From Vicugna vicugna (lineage: Eukaryota), in the NCBI GenBank assembly GCA_013265495.1, contig MU058065.1, positions 310,001-374,000 on the forward strand: a DNA stretch of 64,000 nucleotides, given 5' to 3'. Position numbers and translations under genes: made by a program. Shown one piece after another: positions 49,608 to 61,844 of this stretch (positions within the stretch are counted from its first letter, which is position 1; every line of letters begins with the position of its first letter). Below the pieces are notes generated by a model. The model did not search any database. It was not told where the DNA came from and worked only from the letters and a program-made list of their open reading frames with translations.

Positions 49608-50320
49608 TGGACAACTACATGTAGAAGAATGAAATTAGAACATTTTCTCACACCAGGCACAAAATAAATTCAAAATGGATTGAAGACCTAAATGTAAGAC
49701 CCGAAACCATAAAAACCTAGAGGAAAACAGGCAGAACACTCTAACATAAATCACAGAAATAATTTTGGATCAGTCTCCTAAGGACAAAGAGACAAAAGCA
49801 AAAGTAAACAAATGGGAACTAATTAAACTTCAAAGTTTTGCACAGCAAAGGAAACCATCAACAAAATGAAAAAAAAAAAAAAAACTACTGAATGGGAGAA
49901 ACTATTTGCAAATGATATGACTGATAAGGGGTTAATATCCAAAATATATAAACAGCTCATACAACTCAACATCAAAAAACCCCCCACACAACTCAGTTGT
50001 GAAGCAGAAAATTTGAATAGATGTTTTCCCAAAGAAGATCTACAAACGGCCAACAGGCACATGAAAAGATGCTCAATGCTGCTAATCATCAGAGAATGTA
50101 CATCAGAATCCCTGCAGGGTACCACCTCACACCTGTCAGAATGGCTACCATCAAATAGTCTACAAATAAATACTGGAGAGGGTGTGGAGGAAAGGGAACC
50201 CTCTGTACTGTTGATGGGAATGCAAATTGGTGCAGCCACTGTGGAAAACAACATGGCGAGTCCTCAAAGAACTAAACATAGAACTTTCATATGAACCAGC
50301 AATTTCTCACCTGGATAGAT
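49608..50320 (+). mobile_element. Internal L1 ORF2 fragment (frameshifted, no 3'UTR)
   Basis: Translates as [27 protein letters not shown]...[21 protein letters not shown]; upstream aaattcaaaatggattgaagacctaaatgtaagacc. Confidence 0.92.
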
Positions 50321-50559
50321 CACTCATTATTGGCTAATTTGAAGCTGAAGACCAGGAATTAGGGCACAGAAGAGAAGAGGCGGTTTTAATCAAGCTGTTA
50401 GTTATCTAGGTTTTCCTGGGTTTTCTGGAAAAGGAGCTTCCTGGCTGTGGGTGGCCTGGTTCCTTATCTGGTTGTATTGCTAGTAACTGTGTCATACAGC
50501 TGGCAGAATCTTTACTTAAAATGAGTGTCTTTGAGATGTGTGCTTTGGCACCCAAAACA

Positions 50560-50950
50560 TATAATGTCAGGGACTTACACTATAAGAATTACACTATAAG
50601 AATCTTTGCAGCTGTAATTAGGGACCTCAAGATAAGATCATCCTGAGTCAAATGGCTGGGCCCTAAGTCCAATGAGAAGTGTCTTTATAGGAAAGGTGAG
50701 AGTAGACACAGAAGATGAGGCCATATGAAGATGGAGGCAAAGCTTGCAGTGTTGCAGCCACCAATCAAGGGAAATCTGGAGCCACCAGAAGCTGGGGAAG
50801 AGAGAAAGGACTGTTCCTGTAGCTTTTAGATGGAACATGGCATTGTGAAATCCTTGATTTTGGACTTCTGGCCTCGGATTATGCGAGAATAAATGTCTGT
50901 TGTTTTAAGCCACATGGTAATTTGTTAAGGCAGCTCTAAGAAACTAATAG
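50560..50950 (+). mobile_element. MaLR LTR (MLT1C-like)
   Basis: gtctttataggaaagg...gccaccagaagctgggga...ttgattttggacttctggcctc...aataaatgtctgttgttttaagccac...aaactaata; internal tandem duplication of TTACACTATAAGAA. Confidence 0.85.
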
Positions 50951-51134
50951 TGTATTTACAGATTTTTTTTTAAAACAGCACAATTTGTATATGAATGCTA
51001 TTAACTGTTTTCCTATCATGCATATGACAAACATTTTCCCCTTAATTTTTTACTTGAAAATCTTGTTTATAGTTGTATTTCTTTATAGATACTTTAATTT
51101 TTTCCCCGTAGTCATTTTTAATTTTAAGTTAATA

Positions 51135-51465
51135 AGCTTTTATTTTCAGAGTAGTTTTAGATTCATAGCAAAATTGAGTGTAAAGTACAGACAGTTCATA
51201 TAGACCACCCTGTCCCCAAGCAAGCCTGATCTCCCCCACTGTTAACATCCCACACTTCAGCAGTACGTATGGAGGAACCTACATGGACAAGTCATTATCA
51301 CCTAGAGTCCATGGTTTACTCTTGGTGTTGTCCATTCAGTGGGTTTTGACAGATGTATCATGATGTGTGTCCACATGTGTCCACCATGGTAGCATTATAC
51401 AGAGTCTTTTCACTGCCCTAAAGAATTCTCTGTCCTCCCCTCATTCATCACTCCCTCCTGCTAGA
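51135..51465 (-). mobile_element. L1MC-type 3' end
   Basis: gtagttttagattcatagcaaaattgag...tcattatcacctagagtccatggtttactcttggtgttg...ttcactgccctaaagaattctctgt. Confidence 0.8.
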
Positions 51466-52139
51466 AAACTTTAATTTACTCAAACCTCTCAATCTTTTTT
51501 GTTAGTGTTTCTACTTTTGGAGATAGTGCAAGAATGGTTACAATTGTTCCTTTAATGAACAGTTTCACCGGTAACATTTAAACCTGTGATTATCTAGAAT
51601 TGATTTTAAGACATAAGATGCCCTGGAGAGGGGAGGAGAATGTGCGAAACAAATCTGGCACATTTTGTTGGATTTTGTGGTATTTGTCATGTGAGATAAA
51701 GGTAGTTCTCTCTTCATAAGGTGATATCTACGTCAAGTGACACTAACTCTGTGAATGTCGCCATTGCTTCTTGAACTTCGACGTGTGTGGCCAAGTGAAC
51801 AGTAACGAGGGGCTGAGCACGAGGAGGCCAGGAGCCCACTGGAAACAGGGCTCATCGCTGAGAGCGGGATAGACTGACCCTATCATTCATCTGGTTTGTG
51901 AAGAGAGAATGTTCGGTGTTGTTGGAGAAAGTGGATTCCCTGAGCCTAGGCTGTGCTCTGGCCGCACACAACCTATGCTCTCTCTGTTCTTGGCAGCATG
52001 GGACCTGGAGTGAAGGTCGGCTTGGGTTTTATGTCACTCTAATTTTTTGGTAGATTTATATTCATTGTCCACCAAAAAGGTCATCTATGTGTTTTTTTTT
52101 TTTTGCTTGTCATTTGGAAGAATCTATTTAAGGAACTTA

Positions 52140-52346
52140 AAAAAAATTGTAGTACAGTTGATTTACAACATTATATTAGTTTCAGGTGTACACCATAGTG
52201 ATGCAATGTTTTTATAGATTATGCTCCATTTAAAGTTATTATAAGCTATTAGCTACATTCCCAGCGCTGTATATCATTGTAGCTTATTTATTTTATACAG
52301 GGTAATTTGTATGTCTTACTCCCCTACCTCAGTCTTGCCCTCCCCC
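52140..52346 (-). mobile_element. 5'-truncated L1 3' end
   Basis: agttgatttacaacattatattagtttcaggtgtacaccatagtgat...ttatgctccatttaaagttattata; similar to the 3'UTR type at 1181-1710. Confidence 0.85.
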
Positions 52347-52409
52347 TTTAATTTTTTATAAAAGTTACTTAATTTTATAAAAATAATTTTTATAATATTT
52401 TCATTAACT

Positions 52410-52960
52410 GGAAATTGCCTTGTTATTACTCTTGGCTTTCTAAAGTATTCTGTCTGAATAATTCTGCTTATGCTTCCAGGTGAATTTTGAACGATGTCAT
52501 TAATTTCCCATTCTCCACCCTCATCCTCTCATCCAAAAATTCCTAATTTTTATTTGGAGTATCTTATATTTATAGTTTAATTGCAAGAGAATTGACATCC
52601 TTAGAATGTAGGATCTTCCCATACAAGAAGACCCATTCTTGATACAAGTCCTCATACATAAAATTATTTGGGGTCTATGAGCAAGGTTCTAAAGTGTGTT
52701 TTTTTTTTAATATGAACCTTTAACACTTATATTTAAATTTATTTTAAGATATTTTAAGTGTTTGTATTTAGAAGATCTTTTATCTATTATATCTTAAAAA
52801 TGGTAATTAATAATGCATTAAATAGTGTTAATTTTGCTTTATTTATTTTGTGTTGATCCTGTCGCAAAGAATGATAATTTTGTTTTTCCCTTTTAACTGC
52901 TATGTACCTTAGTTGATTACAAGGCTACTTGTCTTGGCTGGTCCTTCCATAAATTGCTTT
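52410..52960 (-). mobile_element. Ancient L1ME ORF2 remnant
   Basis: tatttatagtttaattgcaagagaattgacatcc...tcttcccatacaaga resembles antisense ORF2 RT-region sequence. Confidence 0.5.
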
Positions 52961-55599
52961 GTAATGGCACAAATACATCCAGCATTTCAGTGTCAGATAC
53001 GCCCTCAGACCCAACTCTTATAACCAGCGCCTACTCCTCCTCCAGGTTTCAGAGGTCATTCTGTTGCAGTTGTTTCATATTTTTCTTCTCCCTTTGTCTT
53101 TTATCGCATACTTTTATAATACAAGGCCATTTGTAGTAGAAAGTGGGTTATTTGTCCTTGCTCTCACCGTCTCTCTTGCTGTGTAACGACCTAATACCTT
53201 TCAGACAGTTGTGGGGCGGGTGGGGAGCAGGCAGGCTGTTTTGAGCGGGATCTCATTTCTAAAAGGTTTTCACTCAGAGTTTTTGTGTATCTCTACTCTA
53301 TTGTGGTCGTATCTTCTCTACTTCATTATTTTTGATAATAATATTAAATATATTACAAAAAAAACTACTGTTACCAGCACTGCTGCAAAGTCTTGTGCTT
53401 CGCTGCCTCATGCATAGCGTGCTCTGCCTGCTGTCAGCACGGACTGTGCCTGGAAGTAAATGTTGGCCTCTTAGAGCAATTCCCAGGGGTTCTAGTGCCA
53501 TCTGCCTATTCTGTGCTAAGCAGGGGCTCTGCAGAGCTGAGTCTGGGCAGCAGCGAGGTGAGAGGTGCAAAGCCTCTTTGTCAAGCAGTCTTTCTTCATT
53601 TACTAAGCCATGCATTTAAGCCTCGATGTGTGTTTCACAATCCAAATCCAGCTCCTCTCTAATTAATGCCAGTTCCTCCTAGGTTCTGTCTTTGCGTTGA
53701 CCATCAATCACAGTGTTTTTGTGAGTTGTCAGTGTGCCCTTTTTTTGCAAGTGTCCATTTGTATTTAATGAGAAGTTGGGGGAGGCTATGCTGGGAACTG
53801 CTTGCTATTCATCATTTTGAACTTGTCTAATGTATGTTTACTCCAAAAGATACCTGTTTATATTTAACTTACCCTGGTCGAATTTCATAGGTTAAGTTTG
53901 GTCAAAACATGTTGGTTGTGTTTCAAAATCTTGTACTCTGATCTCTGAAAAGTTTGGAGAGTCATGCTGAGTCATTTACAAGAGACCTTCTGGAGTTGGT
54001 TAATTACAAATAATTTAAATAAAATCTCTCATAGGAATAAAAGATGGATACAAAGGATATAGCAACAATGGCTGAAGAAAAAGGGGCTAATTCAAAAGGG
54101 CTTCCCAGTTACTGGGCAATTTTTTTTCTTTGTAATGCTTATCACTGTTGTGATTAAATTATTGTGTAATTAGTTGTTGAATGTTTTCCTGTTCCTTTTA
54201 ATGCAAATTTAATGAGGATTGTTGCTTTCACTGCTGTATAGCTAGCACCTAGCATATGGCTTTGCACATAGTAAGTGCTCAAAAATATGTATCAAAGGAA
54301 TGAATAGGTTGCCACCGTGCCAATCCACTCCCATGCCACACCCAAGAAGGCATTCTTGCCTCAGAAGAAACAGTAGTGTTTAGCAGAAACTACTCTGGTT
54401 GATAAATTATAACCAGATGAATGAGTCATGGCTGACAATTCTGTAATACTGCAAATAAATGCATTTTGGTGCTGGAACCCTAGAATGAAAAATGCTAACA
54501 CAGAAGTGACAAAGGAGAATGATCACAAATTAATTTTGTATTTCACTAAAAAAGTAAAACAAAAAAAACCACCCCCCAAAACAAAACAGCAATAAAAAAA
54601 TGAGTCTACCCTCAAAAATGTTTGTAAAGTTAGTTTTAAAAAGTGAAAATAACATTAAATAATAGTATTAACCATCCATATATTTTGGCACATCTTTTGG
54701 ATACACACACAGATTTTTGGACAGTGATTGTCAGAAACATAAAGTGATTGTATGATCTTTCCAAACATTCTCAAATTATGGTCTAATGTCTAAATCATAA
54801 GAAGTACCTCTAGTCACTAAAGTAGACATCTCCATTTGGCGTGATGTATGTTTAGTCTATTTCTTCTTGGCAAAAATATTTTAGCGTAAGTGTCAGAGCA
54901 TAAAGCTGACAAAATGTTTTCTTTCCTACCCATTTGTGTGGTCTTGTTTAATAAAAATTATATCAAAAAAGTAGGGTCTGGTTCAGAGGAAAAAATATGT
55001 ATCTACATAAGCAGTTCACTTGGTATTAAGAATAATCCACAAAAGGTAGGTGAGTAATAAGCGAGAAAAAGCAATAGAACATTTCTGGCTATCATCCCCT
55101 GCTTCAGCTATTTAATTATAATTTTGCCTCGTTTCATTAGGGAGAGTGAAACCTTTCAATGGAAAGGAATTAATTTTAACTTTTGTGAATAATACAATTT
55201 ATAATGCCTTACCACTTTTACTCTCACCATTTAATAATACACAGGCATAGATTTGTTTCTACTTTTGTTCTTTCTTGAAAGTTTGGACAGGAAATTCTGC
55301 ATCCAACATAACATTATTTTTATAATACTAGTATATAGGTACAGGGGACGAAAAAATAATTTTAATTCAGAAAGCACGTATTGAAATTTTCTTGTGTTTA
55401 TAATATGTTGCTGAGGCATTCTGAAGAACTTACAATGTGCATGACAAGATGCTTTCACATGCAGTAGTTGTATATGTCCCAAAGCAGCATGTGACCAGCT
55501 CCTCCAGTGGACTGTTGAGATTGCTATAGGAATGCAGAGGAGTAGCCCACTGGGCTAGAAGAGACTGAATACGTCTTATAGTTTAAACCTAATAAAGAT

Positions 55600-56760
55600 C
55601 CTGAGAAAGTAGATTCAAATAAAATAAATGAATGGAGGACGTCACTTCCTCTCAGGGAAACAGTAGGAGGAAAGGTTGTAAGTTAAGAATGGGCATAGGG
55701 TGGAAAGCTTGAGTGTGTTGTGCTTGGCCATGAAGGGTAGGACTAACTTCAGGAGGGTCCTGAGGGCCAGGCTCATGGGTTTAATTTTATTTTTTTAAAA
55801 TTAGGAGGACATTTTTGAAAAGGGAAGAGAAATGTTGGCATTTATTCAAATTTGGAAACAACATATAGGATCAATAGAGATATGGAAGGTGTGGAGGCAC
55901 AGAGACTACAGATGGTGTTCAAGAAGTGACAAGGCTAGCACGTGGTCATGGCAGTGGATGGAGGTGGACTTTTTTATTATTATTATTATTTTCTTCAACC
56001 TTGTATTCTTAGCTGTCTTCAAGTTTCTTGCATGGAGCAACCAGGAGAATGAAAGAACTAGGGAGGCTGATGTAGAAGGCTTCTTTTTTTATGGATACCG
56101 AATTTGTTTTAGTCATGTTGATTTGGGGCTGATGCAGATAGCTGGAGATTCAGGTTAGAAATCCCCAACCAGGCAGACTGGAGACACTGATCTGAACCAT
56201 CGGCATAGAGAAATGACTAAAATAATGAGAAACTATAATGATAACATCTGATGCTTTTGATAAAAGGTTAACGACAACTTTGGAGACTGTTCCCCGGTTA
56301 GTGGCTGGGGGGAGGAGGAAGAAGCAGCAATGAGTAGTGAGACACAGGGGAAAAAGTGTTCAGTCAAGTATAGTCTTGGGGAAAATGGGTGTTCACTGCC
56401 TCATTGTGCTTAAAGGTCAAGTCTCAGAATTTGAAAACAATCTTTAATATGCTAAGAAGAGTGGAATTTAGCTTTTTCTTGGGGGCGGGGAGGTGGGCCA
56501 TATGTAGATGGAAGAGTATGAACAGAAATACTGGATTTCAGGGCACTGGGGAGTGAACTGAGGTTATAGAAATGAGTCCATGGTTGAATGGATGGAAATA
56601 TGGCTGTAATTAGGGAAAACAGGAGTCAGGAAAGACATTTTCAAGATGTGTCGATGTGTGAGACATACAAGATGGAGAGATTTCATCAGGGGAAACTGAA
56701 CTTTAGAAGATGGCTGGGGAGTGATTGAGTATTGTGAGCTGTGTAAAGGCAGAAATTAAG
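55600..56760 (-). mobile_element. Degraded L2 fragments
   Basis: caagtttcttgcatggagcaaccagg, gttttagtcatgttgatttgggg, ggatttcagggcactggggagtgaactgagg; boundaries approximate. Confidence 0.55.
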
Positions 56761-56802
56761 GAGACAGGTGGAGAGTTTTTTGTGTTAGAAAGGGATGCCA
56801 TT

Positions 56803-56935
56803 AAAAAAATTTGGGGGGGGAGGAAATTAGGTTTGTTTGTTTGTTTGTTTAGTGTTTAGTGGAGGGCCTGGGAATTGAACCCAGGACTTTGTGCATGCTA
56901 AGCATGTGCTCTACCACTGAGCTATCCCCTGTCCC
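56803..56935 (-). mobile_element. tRNA-derived SINE (Vic-1-like)
   Basis: ttgaacccaggactttgtgcatgctaagcatgtgctctaccactgagctatccc; flanks ccattaaaaaaa / ccatttaaaaaaa. Confidence 0.92.
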
Positions 56936-57272
56936 CACCATTTAAAAAAAAAGATGTTGGGAACAGAGTAGGTGAGGGAGTTAAGGGCTGATGGGTTTTT
57001 TTTTTTTTCCTTTGTAGGAAAATAAGGGCAAGAATTTGCTGGAAAGAATAGAATGCATGAGTGAGAGGAATAGAAATATTTATAGAGTCTCATACATCAG
57101 ACCTACACTTAATTTATGTATTACCAAATATGTTTTGAAAACAAAGTGACAAGTGCCTTCAGTTTCATACAGATAAAATTACTGAATCTGTTCTTCATGT
57201 AAGGAATGGTTTATGTTTAAGTTTTTCCTTGGCCATGAAATGAAAATATTAAGTGTTTTCATTGGTGGACAC

Positions 57273-57665
57273 TGTAATATGCCCCTAGATCCTCCGTCTG
57301 GATTGAAGGATCTCTTCCCCTGGCTGCTGGGAGTGCCCCTAGGCAACATTCTAGCTGTCATCCCACACTGGAAATTGCCTTGGCTGAAGAAATATGCCTC
57401 ACCCAAGGTCCTATCCCCTTCTAGATGGCCCGTATTTAGTGGCTGATAAATGCTCGATGTACAGACCTGACCCCTGGCCCGGCTTCCCAGCAGGGAGCTA
57501 ATCTAATCTGAAGGTCTGTCTATGCTCTAGAGCTTCCGACAGGGTTCCCTGAGTTCTTCATTGGGATGTGTCATACCTCCTGCTTCTTCCTCTTCTTTTA
57601 ACAGGTGCTCAGGAACACTCTCTAAACATCCTTTCTGCTGATCCGTGTTTCAAAGTTCCCTTCTC
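57273..57665 (+). mobile_element. LTR16-like ERVL solo LTR
   Basis: aattgccttggctgaagaa...cctcacccaaggtc...tctgaaggtctgtctatgctctagagcttcc. Confidence 0.7.
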
Positions 57666-57829
57666 AGTGAAACAAATGTGCAACAGAAAGCCTCAGTCCC
57701 TCAGCTGCTCTAAATGATGCTGGAAGACAGCCATCGGAATGTGTCTCTTTCATGATTTGCCTCATGCAGATTTTCTCTACTGAGTCACACTTTCGTTCGG
57801 AAACAATCCACATGCCATGACTCATCAAG

Positions 57830-58082
57830 GTGGTGACATAAAAGGCTGACAGCCCTCTCACTCCATCTCGGAGCAATTCCGACAGACCAGCACACGGTCA
57901 CAGCTCCTCGCGGCACTGGCCCAGGCCTCGGTTGAGGCTGCATTGCTGCTTACCTTCTCCTGCCCACTTCTCTTCCCTTCCGTTCCGTCCACAGATGCGA
58001 GTCCTGGGGCGTTCTTTAATCAATCTTCTGCAAGCTAAGCTCCTTCTGGGAGTCTGCTTCTGGTGAAACCTAACCTGGGACT
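57830..58082 (+). mobile_element. Second LTR16-like 3' fragment
   Basis: aggcctcggttgaggctgcattgc...ccttctcctgccca...gagtctgcttctggtgaaacctaacct. Confidence 0.65.
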
Positions 58083-58498
58083 TCTTGATTACTCAGGTTT
58101 GATTTTTTAACACGCATCTTCACTTGAACAAAGTATTCCCATAAATTTCCATTGTTGTATTTGATTTTCCTGGAAATAAACTGTTGATACATTTTATTTC
58201 TTTTCATGAAGACATTTTCCTCCAGTGCTCATGGTTTAAAGTTTGTAAAGGTCCATTGAATAACATCACTTGATTTAGAGTGTTTGTCTGTAATGTTTTG
58301 CTTCATTAATTTCAATCCTCAAACACTATTATTTTAAACTTTATTTGAGCTTCTTTTTATTAAATTAAATTTCTAATTGCCTGATACTTTTACAGAATAT
58401 TAGTGCCTATTTAGCCATGATATATCGAAGATGATTTCTGTTATTCCTTTACTGAATATTGAACAAGTGTTTCTGTAACACTGACAACTTTAGCTGAG

Positions 58499-58960
58499 TG
58501 TGGCAGAAATCTCTGGTTTTTATCTGATTCCATTTCCCTTTATAATTTAGTTGTAATTTCCTTTTCCTTTCCTTTCCTCTCCTTTCCTCTCCTTTCTCTT
58601 CCTACCATTTTAAGAGAGTGTAAGGCTATCTTGTTAAATACTACATTTCCCATCCTCCCCTGTAGCTAGATATGGCCACATGACTAAATTCTGGGGATTT
58701 GCAATGGGAACAAAAGTGATGTACGTAACTTCTAGAGCAGAACTGCCTGCGAATGGATGTGAACATGATGGCAGGAGCCAGAGAAGAGACTTTGGACCAC
58801 GGGGAAGGTGGCAGAACAACAAGGTGAATGAAGCCTGACTTTCAACACAGGGCACCATATCAGCCCAAGACTTTTACATGAGAAAGAAACATGTATCTTA
58901 TTTAAGCCATCATTATTTTGGGTCTTTCTATTACAGCAGCCAAATCAATTCTTTAACTCA
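58499..58960 (+). mobile_element. Old MaLR LTR (MLT1H/I-like)
   Basis: actacatttcccatcctcccctgtagctagatatggccacatgactaaattctgg...tttaagccatcattattttggg...ttacagcagccaaa. Confidence 0.75.
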
Positions 58961-60489
58961 TCTTCTAAGAATATGCATCCCTTAGGCTACTTCCTAAGGT
59001 TATAATCATGTAATCAGTTGGTAGTTTCTTGCCAATAGGTTGGGAAATGCATGAACTCTTCTAAAACTATGCTTATTAACCTGGGCTATTTGTGGCCCTG
59101 TGGGTAAGCAGTGGCATGCCAGAGTTCAACAATCCTTAGGATCAATATGACATACCGTCTCCAAATATTGACTTTATTCAAAGTTTAATAATAAAATAAA
59201 TTTCCAAAATGTCTCAACAATAATTAAACCTCTTTAATATATATATATATATATAGACAAACAAAACTTAAAAGATATTTGATGCTTGAGATGGGTTACT
59301 TTCTGATGTGTCCCCCAGGCTACCCGTGGGCTTATGTTCCCAGTCCCTTTGTTTTTATGGTGCCTGTGGAGAAATTTTTGAAAGGCATTTTTCTATGGCT
59401 ATATTCTGTCTCAGTGTCAGGAGCGCTCAGGCTGAATCAAAACAACTTTTCCTTTTTTACATCAGCATCTTATTTTGTTCCAAGTAGGTCATGATATAAT
59501 TTTTTTTATTGATGCTTTGACGTCTTAGAAATATTTCATTTTAGAAGTTGTAGAACTAACTTTTGTGATTTTTCATGACTTTGTTCTTCAAGTTTTTTTG
59601 TTTTTTTTTTTTTAGATATCCTTGTTACCATTTTCAACAGAGGTCTTATTTATTCCAGCTCAGTAGTTATACATGGCTGAGTCTGGCTCAGACCATGGAG
59701 GCCAATTTATTGTTTTTGGCTGTCCTTTTCCAACTTTGTTATTCAAACCCTTGGGTGGCTGCGTGCTCGTTTTTGAGTGCCTGATAGAGTTTGAGCGATT
59801 CTAAGCACGTAAAACAGAATGTTAGAATGCTACTTGGGTTCCATTCAGTGATATAAACTTTGGTATAAAGTTCAAAATTGCAAATATAAATGGATTTTCT
59901 TCTTAACTGCTATCAGACTTTAGCTTCATTTCAACCTCTAGAATATTCAACCTAAGAGCTAATTGTGGGGACAAAGATCAGATAGAGAGTGGAACATTTT
60001 GAGTTTTGAAGAGGGACCTTTGAGGGTGGCTTTGGAATGTAGAATGGATCTAATAGAGATACACAGTGAGTGGCATTTCTGAAAACCAGGCAGAGTGCCT
60101 TTGCTCTGTGTATATTCATGAAGGGGAGGCAGAAAAGGTTGGAGAATACTGTAAATCCATACTAATTATCAACAAGGGGTCCCTCCTCCTTAGCCCAGGG
60201 GTTACTGAAATTCAAATATTGGATAACAGGAATCAATCATCCTGTATTTGTGGTTTCAGATCAACCTCAGAGTGCTAACCTTAGGCTGAACAGCACAAGG
60301 AGTATAAAGAATAAGGGACACACAAATAAGTGGGAAAGATGGTACCTGAAACAAAGAACAGTGCAAAGCCATCTGTGATTAGCTCCCCAAATGCTGTGGG
60401 AGCTGCACCGGGAGCATGCTGGCCCATAGCTCACAGCACGTGGCAAAGTCAGCAGCGACTGAAGAGAAGCCGAAAAAAAAAACGGAGGA

Positions 60490-60696
60490 CAGTGTAATCT
60501 TGTTTATCTATTCTACAACTTTGAAATCACTGTATAGCACAGGGAAATATACACAAAATGTTATGATAACTCACAGAAAAAAAATGTGACAATGAGTGTG
60601 TATATGTCCATGAATGACTGAAAAATTGTGCTGAACACTGGAATTTGACACAACATTATAAAATGATTATAAATCAATAAAAAATGTTTAAAAAAA
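60490..60696 (+). mobile_element. Very short young L1 with 5' inversion and TSD
   Basis: Sense 3'UTR 60529-60696; 60490-60528 is the reverse complement of the adjacent upstream L1 sequence; TSD AAAAAAACGGAGGA / AAAAAAATGGAGGA. Confidence 0.9.
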
Positions 60697-60914
60697 TGGA
60701 GGAGTTGTAAAGAGAACCTTTACACAACCACAGTTATGTCTAAGCCACTCAGTGACAAAAGTTATCACTTGGCAAGGAGCATGAAGTGAAGGCATGAGCG
60801 TAGGTGGGGGATCTGATCCGTGCACCTGCCTCGCGTGGAGAAGCTCGAGCAAGTTGTCGGTCTGCTCTGGGTCTTGTTCTTGTCACTCTAAGATGTTTCT
60901 TGATGATTCAGCTC

Positions 60915-61210
60915 CAGGCACTTGGTCTGCAACTGTAGGAACCAATTTTGCTTATCTAAGAAAGGTGATTTACTGGAAAGATGTGGGGTTGTTTACAGAA
61001 CCTAGGAGAATGCTGAAGGAACTAGGTTCACCTTGGGAGTCTAGAAGTGAAAAAAGGAAGAATGTTACCCTTGGGAAGAATCCAGCTTATATGTCCTTCT
61101 CTCTAGGGTCAACTTTCAGACAGGCAGAATCCCATCCGCCTAGTTTGAGTCACGTGGAGGAGACTGGGGATGGACAGGGTGCTTTGCTTGACAGACTCTC
61201 TAACCTGTAT
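60915..61210 (-). mobile_element. Old MaLR-type LTR fragment
   Basis: tctgcaactgtaggaacca...atttactggaaagatgtggggttgtttacagaa...cctagtttgagtcacgtg. Confidence 0.5.
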
Positions 61211-61274
61211 CCAGGGAAGAAAGTAGAAAAGGAGAAATGCATACTATCTTAGCCACCTTCGAGTTAATACACAG

Positions 61275-61452
61275 CAGTATTCTGGCTGTGAAGGTTGGTA
61301 GTTACATGATTTTGGGCAAGTTAATTAACATTTGCACCTCAGTTTCCTCATCTGCAACGACAGTGTCTAATTCAAAGTGTAGTTGAGAGGATACATGGAT
61401 AGAATTATATTAAATCTTCTGGTGGATGGGACATAGTAAACACTCATTGAAT
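61275..61452 (+). mobile_element. MIR SINE
   Basis: tgattttgggcaagttaattaacatttgcacctcagtttcctcatctgcaa...acatagtaaacactca. Confidence 0.8.
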
Positions 61453-61844
61453 ATTCTTTTCTTTCTTTTAATCTTTGGAGGAAGGACCGATGTATGATTT
61501 AGGATGTGTTACGAATGTCTGCAGGTATTTATTTCTTCTATGTGTTAATATGTCTATATTGTCTATTTGTCTGTGTTAATGTGTCTATATTGTCTTTTTC
61601 TGAGTGTGCTATTACCAATGAATGTTTACCAGCACTTCTTTGGGTGCACAGTGCTGAGATATGAAGATGCACATATAATACGGTGTTTTGAGAAATTGTA
61701 AAATGCTAAATAAACATAAATTAATAAGCACATTAAATAGATAACACATATGATAACGTTTCCCAGAGCTAAAGAAGAACTTGCAAGCAAAGTGTAACCA
61801 CTGAAGTTTAGAGTGGTTACCTGGTTTTTTTTTAAAGAAAACTT

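Noticed and set aside
60794..61252. Longest ORF in the window (152 aa)
   Set aside because: It largely overlaps an old MaLR-type LTR fragment and has no recognisable domain.
61541..61602. Imperfect 31-bp tandem duplication (tgtgttaatatgtctatattgtct...)
   Set aside because: Only two adjacent low-complexity copies with no spacers, so it is not CRISPR-like.
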